The notes beneath the pieces are model-generated. The model saw nothing but the letters and a program-made list of their open reading frames with translations, was not told where the DNA came from and ran no database searches. Source: an uncultured Phycisphaerales bacterium (GTDB lineage: Bacteria > Planctomycetota > Phycisphaerae > Tepidisphaerales > Tepidisphaeraceae). From it: a stretch of DNA of 64,000 bases. Below, one piece after another: positions 61,949-64,000 of this stretch (within the stretch, counting starts at the first letter, position 1; every line of letters starts with the position of its first letter). The position numbers and the translations under genes were made by a program. The DNA is taken from the NCBI GenBank assembly GCA_963755915.1, contig CAVWLP010000002.1, positions 2,528,001-2,592,000 on the forward strand, given 5' to 3'.

Positions 61949-63244
61949 ATGGCCACGCTGAGCGATACCAACCTGTATGAACGCCTGCGGCCGCACGTGG
62001 CGGCGGTTTGGCGCTGGCTGACCGCGCAAAACGGGCACGGGGAGGACGGCGATTCCGCGACCCCCATCCGCCGCCGGCCCGGCGTCGATTTTTCGCTCAC
62101 CGGCCTCATTTACTGCGCGATGATGCTGTTCATGGGTCTGGCCGCCATCACCAGCCAGGCGAATCTTCTGTTCGCGGTTTTTGGGTTAATGATCGGCATC
62201 CTGCTGATCAGCGCGATGATCTGCCGGCTGGTGCTGATGCGGCTGCACGTCGAGCGGGTGATTCCCGAATCGACATGCGTCGGCCAGCCGGCGACGATTC
62301 GATACGATTTTCTTAACGCCAAGCGATTCTGGCCCAGTCTGTCGGTCTGCCTCGCGGAGCTGGAAGGGGCAGAGGCGTTCACGCGGCAGCCGCACGCTTA
62401 CATGCTTCACGCGGCGGCAGGAAAATCGGCGCAAGTGCCGATTACGGTAATTCCCAAGCGGCGGGGCAAGCACAAGCTCAGCAGTTTTCAGATCAGCACG
62501 AGTTTCCCGTTCGGGTTTGTGAAGCGGGCCATGATGGGCCGCCGCGACGATACGATCCTGATTTACCCCGCAATGGGCGCGGTGAGCGCGCGTCTGCTGG
62601 CGCTTTGCCAGTCGGCGGAGCGCGGCGGCGCCAACATGCAGCCGCGGCCCAACGGCGCCGATGAGTTTTACGGCGTAAAGGAATTCCGCTGGGGCGACAA
62701 CCCGCGCTGGATTTACTGGAAGCGAAGCGCCCGCACGGGCGAGCTGGTGAGCCGCGAGATGGTGCAGATCTCTCCGCCGCGCCTGCTGATCCTTGTGGAT
62801 ACGTTTCTGGAAACCGCGACGCTCAGCGGTCACGCCGACGTGGAGCGCGCCATCGCGATGGCGGCGTCCCTGGCGAACCGGGCGCTGGATTCCGGCATGG
62901 CGGTGGGTCTTTGCGCCTGGAACGGAAAGTGGACGAGCATCGCTCCACAGCGGGGGAAGCGCCATTGTCGCGACATCCTCGCGGAACTGGGCGGTTTGCC
63001 GCTGAATCGCACGGCTCCGACGGCGCAGCTCATCGAGCAGGGGCAAAACCTCCTGGCCGAAGGGGTGACCCCGGTTCTCATCACCGCCAGCGGCGCCCAT
63101 CCGACGAAGGGGGGACGATCGCGGGGCGGGATGATCGTGGTTGCCGTCAAGTCTGAACAGGCGCAAAGCTGGTTTCAGTTCGATCCGGCGGTCGATTTCA
63201 CGCGATGCTCCCCGGCCGATCAGATGTCCGCGCTGTCGAGCTGA
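61949..63244 (+). CDS. DUF58 domain protein
   Basis: Two N-terminal TMs, RRG, FPFG, EFYGVKEFRWGDNPRWIYWKRSAR. Confidence 0.92.
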   Translation: MATLSDTNLYERLRPHVAAVWRWLTAQNGHGEDGDSATPIRRRPGVDFSLTGLIYCAMMLFMGLAAITSQANLLFAVFGLMIGILLISAMICRLVLMRLHVERVIPESTCVGQPATIRYDFLNAKRFWPSLSVCLAELEGAEAFTRQPHAYMLHAAAGKSAQVPITVIPKRRGKHKLSSFQISTSFPFGFVKRAMMGRRDDTILIYPAMGAVSARLLALCQSAERGGANMQPRPNGADEFYGVKEFRWGDNPRWIYWKRSARTGELVSREMVQISPPRLLILVDTFLETATLSGHADVERAIAMAASLANRALDSGMAVGLCAWNGKWTSIAPQRGKRHCRDILAELGGLPLNRTAPTAQLIEQGQNLLAEGVTPVLITASGAHPTKGGRSRGGMIVVAVKSEQAQSWFQFDPAVDFTRCSPADQMSALSS

Positions 63245-63247
63245 ATT

Positions 63248-64000
63248 ATGTATGACATCCGCCAATTTCGTCCGACCCTCTACGTCCTGCTGATGCTGGG
63301 CGTGACGGGATTCTGCCTCGCGGCCGAAGCGCCGGGGCTTTGGATCATGGCAGCGGGGGGAATCATGCTAAACGCCTGGTTGGTGAAGACCAATCGCTTC
63401 GCCCCGATGCCGCGGTTTCTGGCCAGCATCATTACGCTGGGCGCATTGGCGCTGGTGACGGTGGAAGTTCGGGCCGGCGGAGCGCCGCCGATCCTGACGG
63501 TGGGGCAGTTCATCGTTCTGCTTCACCTGGTAAAGCTTTTTGAGCTGCGCTCCAACCGCGACTATGCGCAGCTCCTGATCCTCAGTCTGCTACTGGTGGT
63601 GGCGGCGGCGATCAGCACGGCGAGCCTGCTGTTCGGGATCATCTTCATTATCTACATGTTTCTGTCCCTGCACTGCTCGCTGCTGTTCCACCTGAAAGTG
63701 GAGATGGACCAGGCCCGGGAGCTGTATCGCCAGCCGCAGGATCGTGTGAACCCAGCGCTGCTGCGGCAGGACGCGCGCGATCTGCCGCGCTCGATGCGCC
63801 GGCTGACCAGCCTGATCGCGCTCTTCGGGATCGCGACGGCGGTGGCGGTCTTTCTCTTCTTCCCGCGCGGCGCCGGGCAATCGATCCTCGGCCCGCTTCA
63901 GGCGCCCGCCTCGCGGGCGCTGTCCGGATTCAACGATCAGGTGGGTTTCCAGAACATCGCTAAAATCACCCGCAGCGACGATGTGGTCGCCCGGGTCGAG
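63248..64000 (+). CDS. DUF3488/transglutaminase (TgpA-like) membrane protein, 3' end outside the window
   Basis: Open to the window end. Multi-TM with KLFE.RSNRDY, FLFFPR, LSGFNDQV. Canonical third gene of MoxR-DUF58 operons. Confidence 0.85.
   Translation, partial: MYDIRQFRPTLYVLLMLGVTGFCLAAEAPGLWIMAAGGIMLNAWLVKTNRFAPMPRFLASIITLGALALVTVEVRAGGAPPILTVGQFIVLLHLVKLFELRSNRDYAQLLILSLLLVVAAAISTASLLFGIIFIIYMFLSLHCSLLFHLKVEMDQARELYRQPQDRVNPALLRQDARDLPRSMRRLTSLIALFGIATAVAVFLFFPRGAGQSILGPLQAPASRALSGFNDQVGFQNIAKITRSDDVVARVE

Overview
High-GC bacterial window, most likely from a planctomycete (Phycisphaerae/Tepidisphaerales-like). This is inferred from the PEP-CTERM proteins, DUF1559-type prepilin, membrane-anchored ECF sigma and repeat families. 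Contents from left to right: GDP-sugar/EPS genes (GT4, GDP-mannose epimerase-like, fcl, gmd) with an interposed PEP-CTERM gene; a 1301-aa AsmA-like protein; a low-GC cassette-like patch; a complete IS4; an arginine succinyltransferase cluster (M20 hydrolase, astA, astD, astB); a complete IS3; a sugar ABC ATPase, GH95 and GH51; a fluoride riboswitch-crcB-DUF190 operon; a zinc uptake cluster with Zur and a candidate Zur box; a two-component pair; a TM-anchored ECF sigma; a mosaic ~45-55 kb island (TetR operators, partial duplications, beta-CA, group II intron 3' end); a cobalamin riboswitch operon; and a MoxR-DUF58-TgpA-like operon. The most unusual element is the B12-riboswitch operon. It has no visible btuB/btuFCD gene and instead encodes PEP-CTERM surface proteins, one of which reads in-frame through its PEP-CTERM tail, via a repeat-derived linker, into a type IV prepilin/H-X9-DG protein. 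Many genes carry single-base frameshifts, probably assembly indels, so gene-fusion and gene-break claims need read-level checking.
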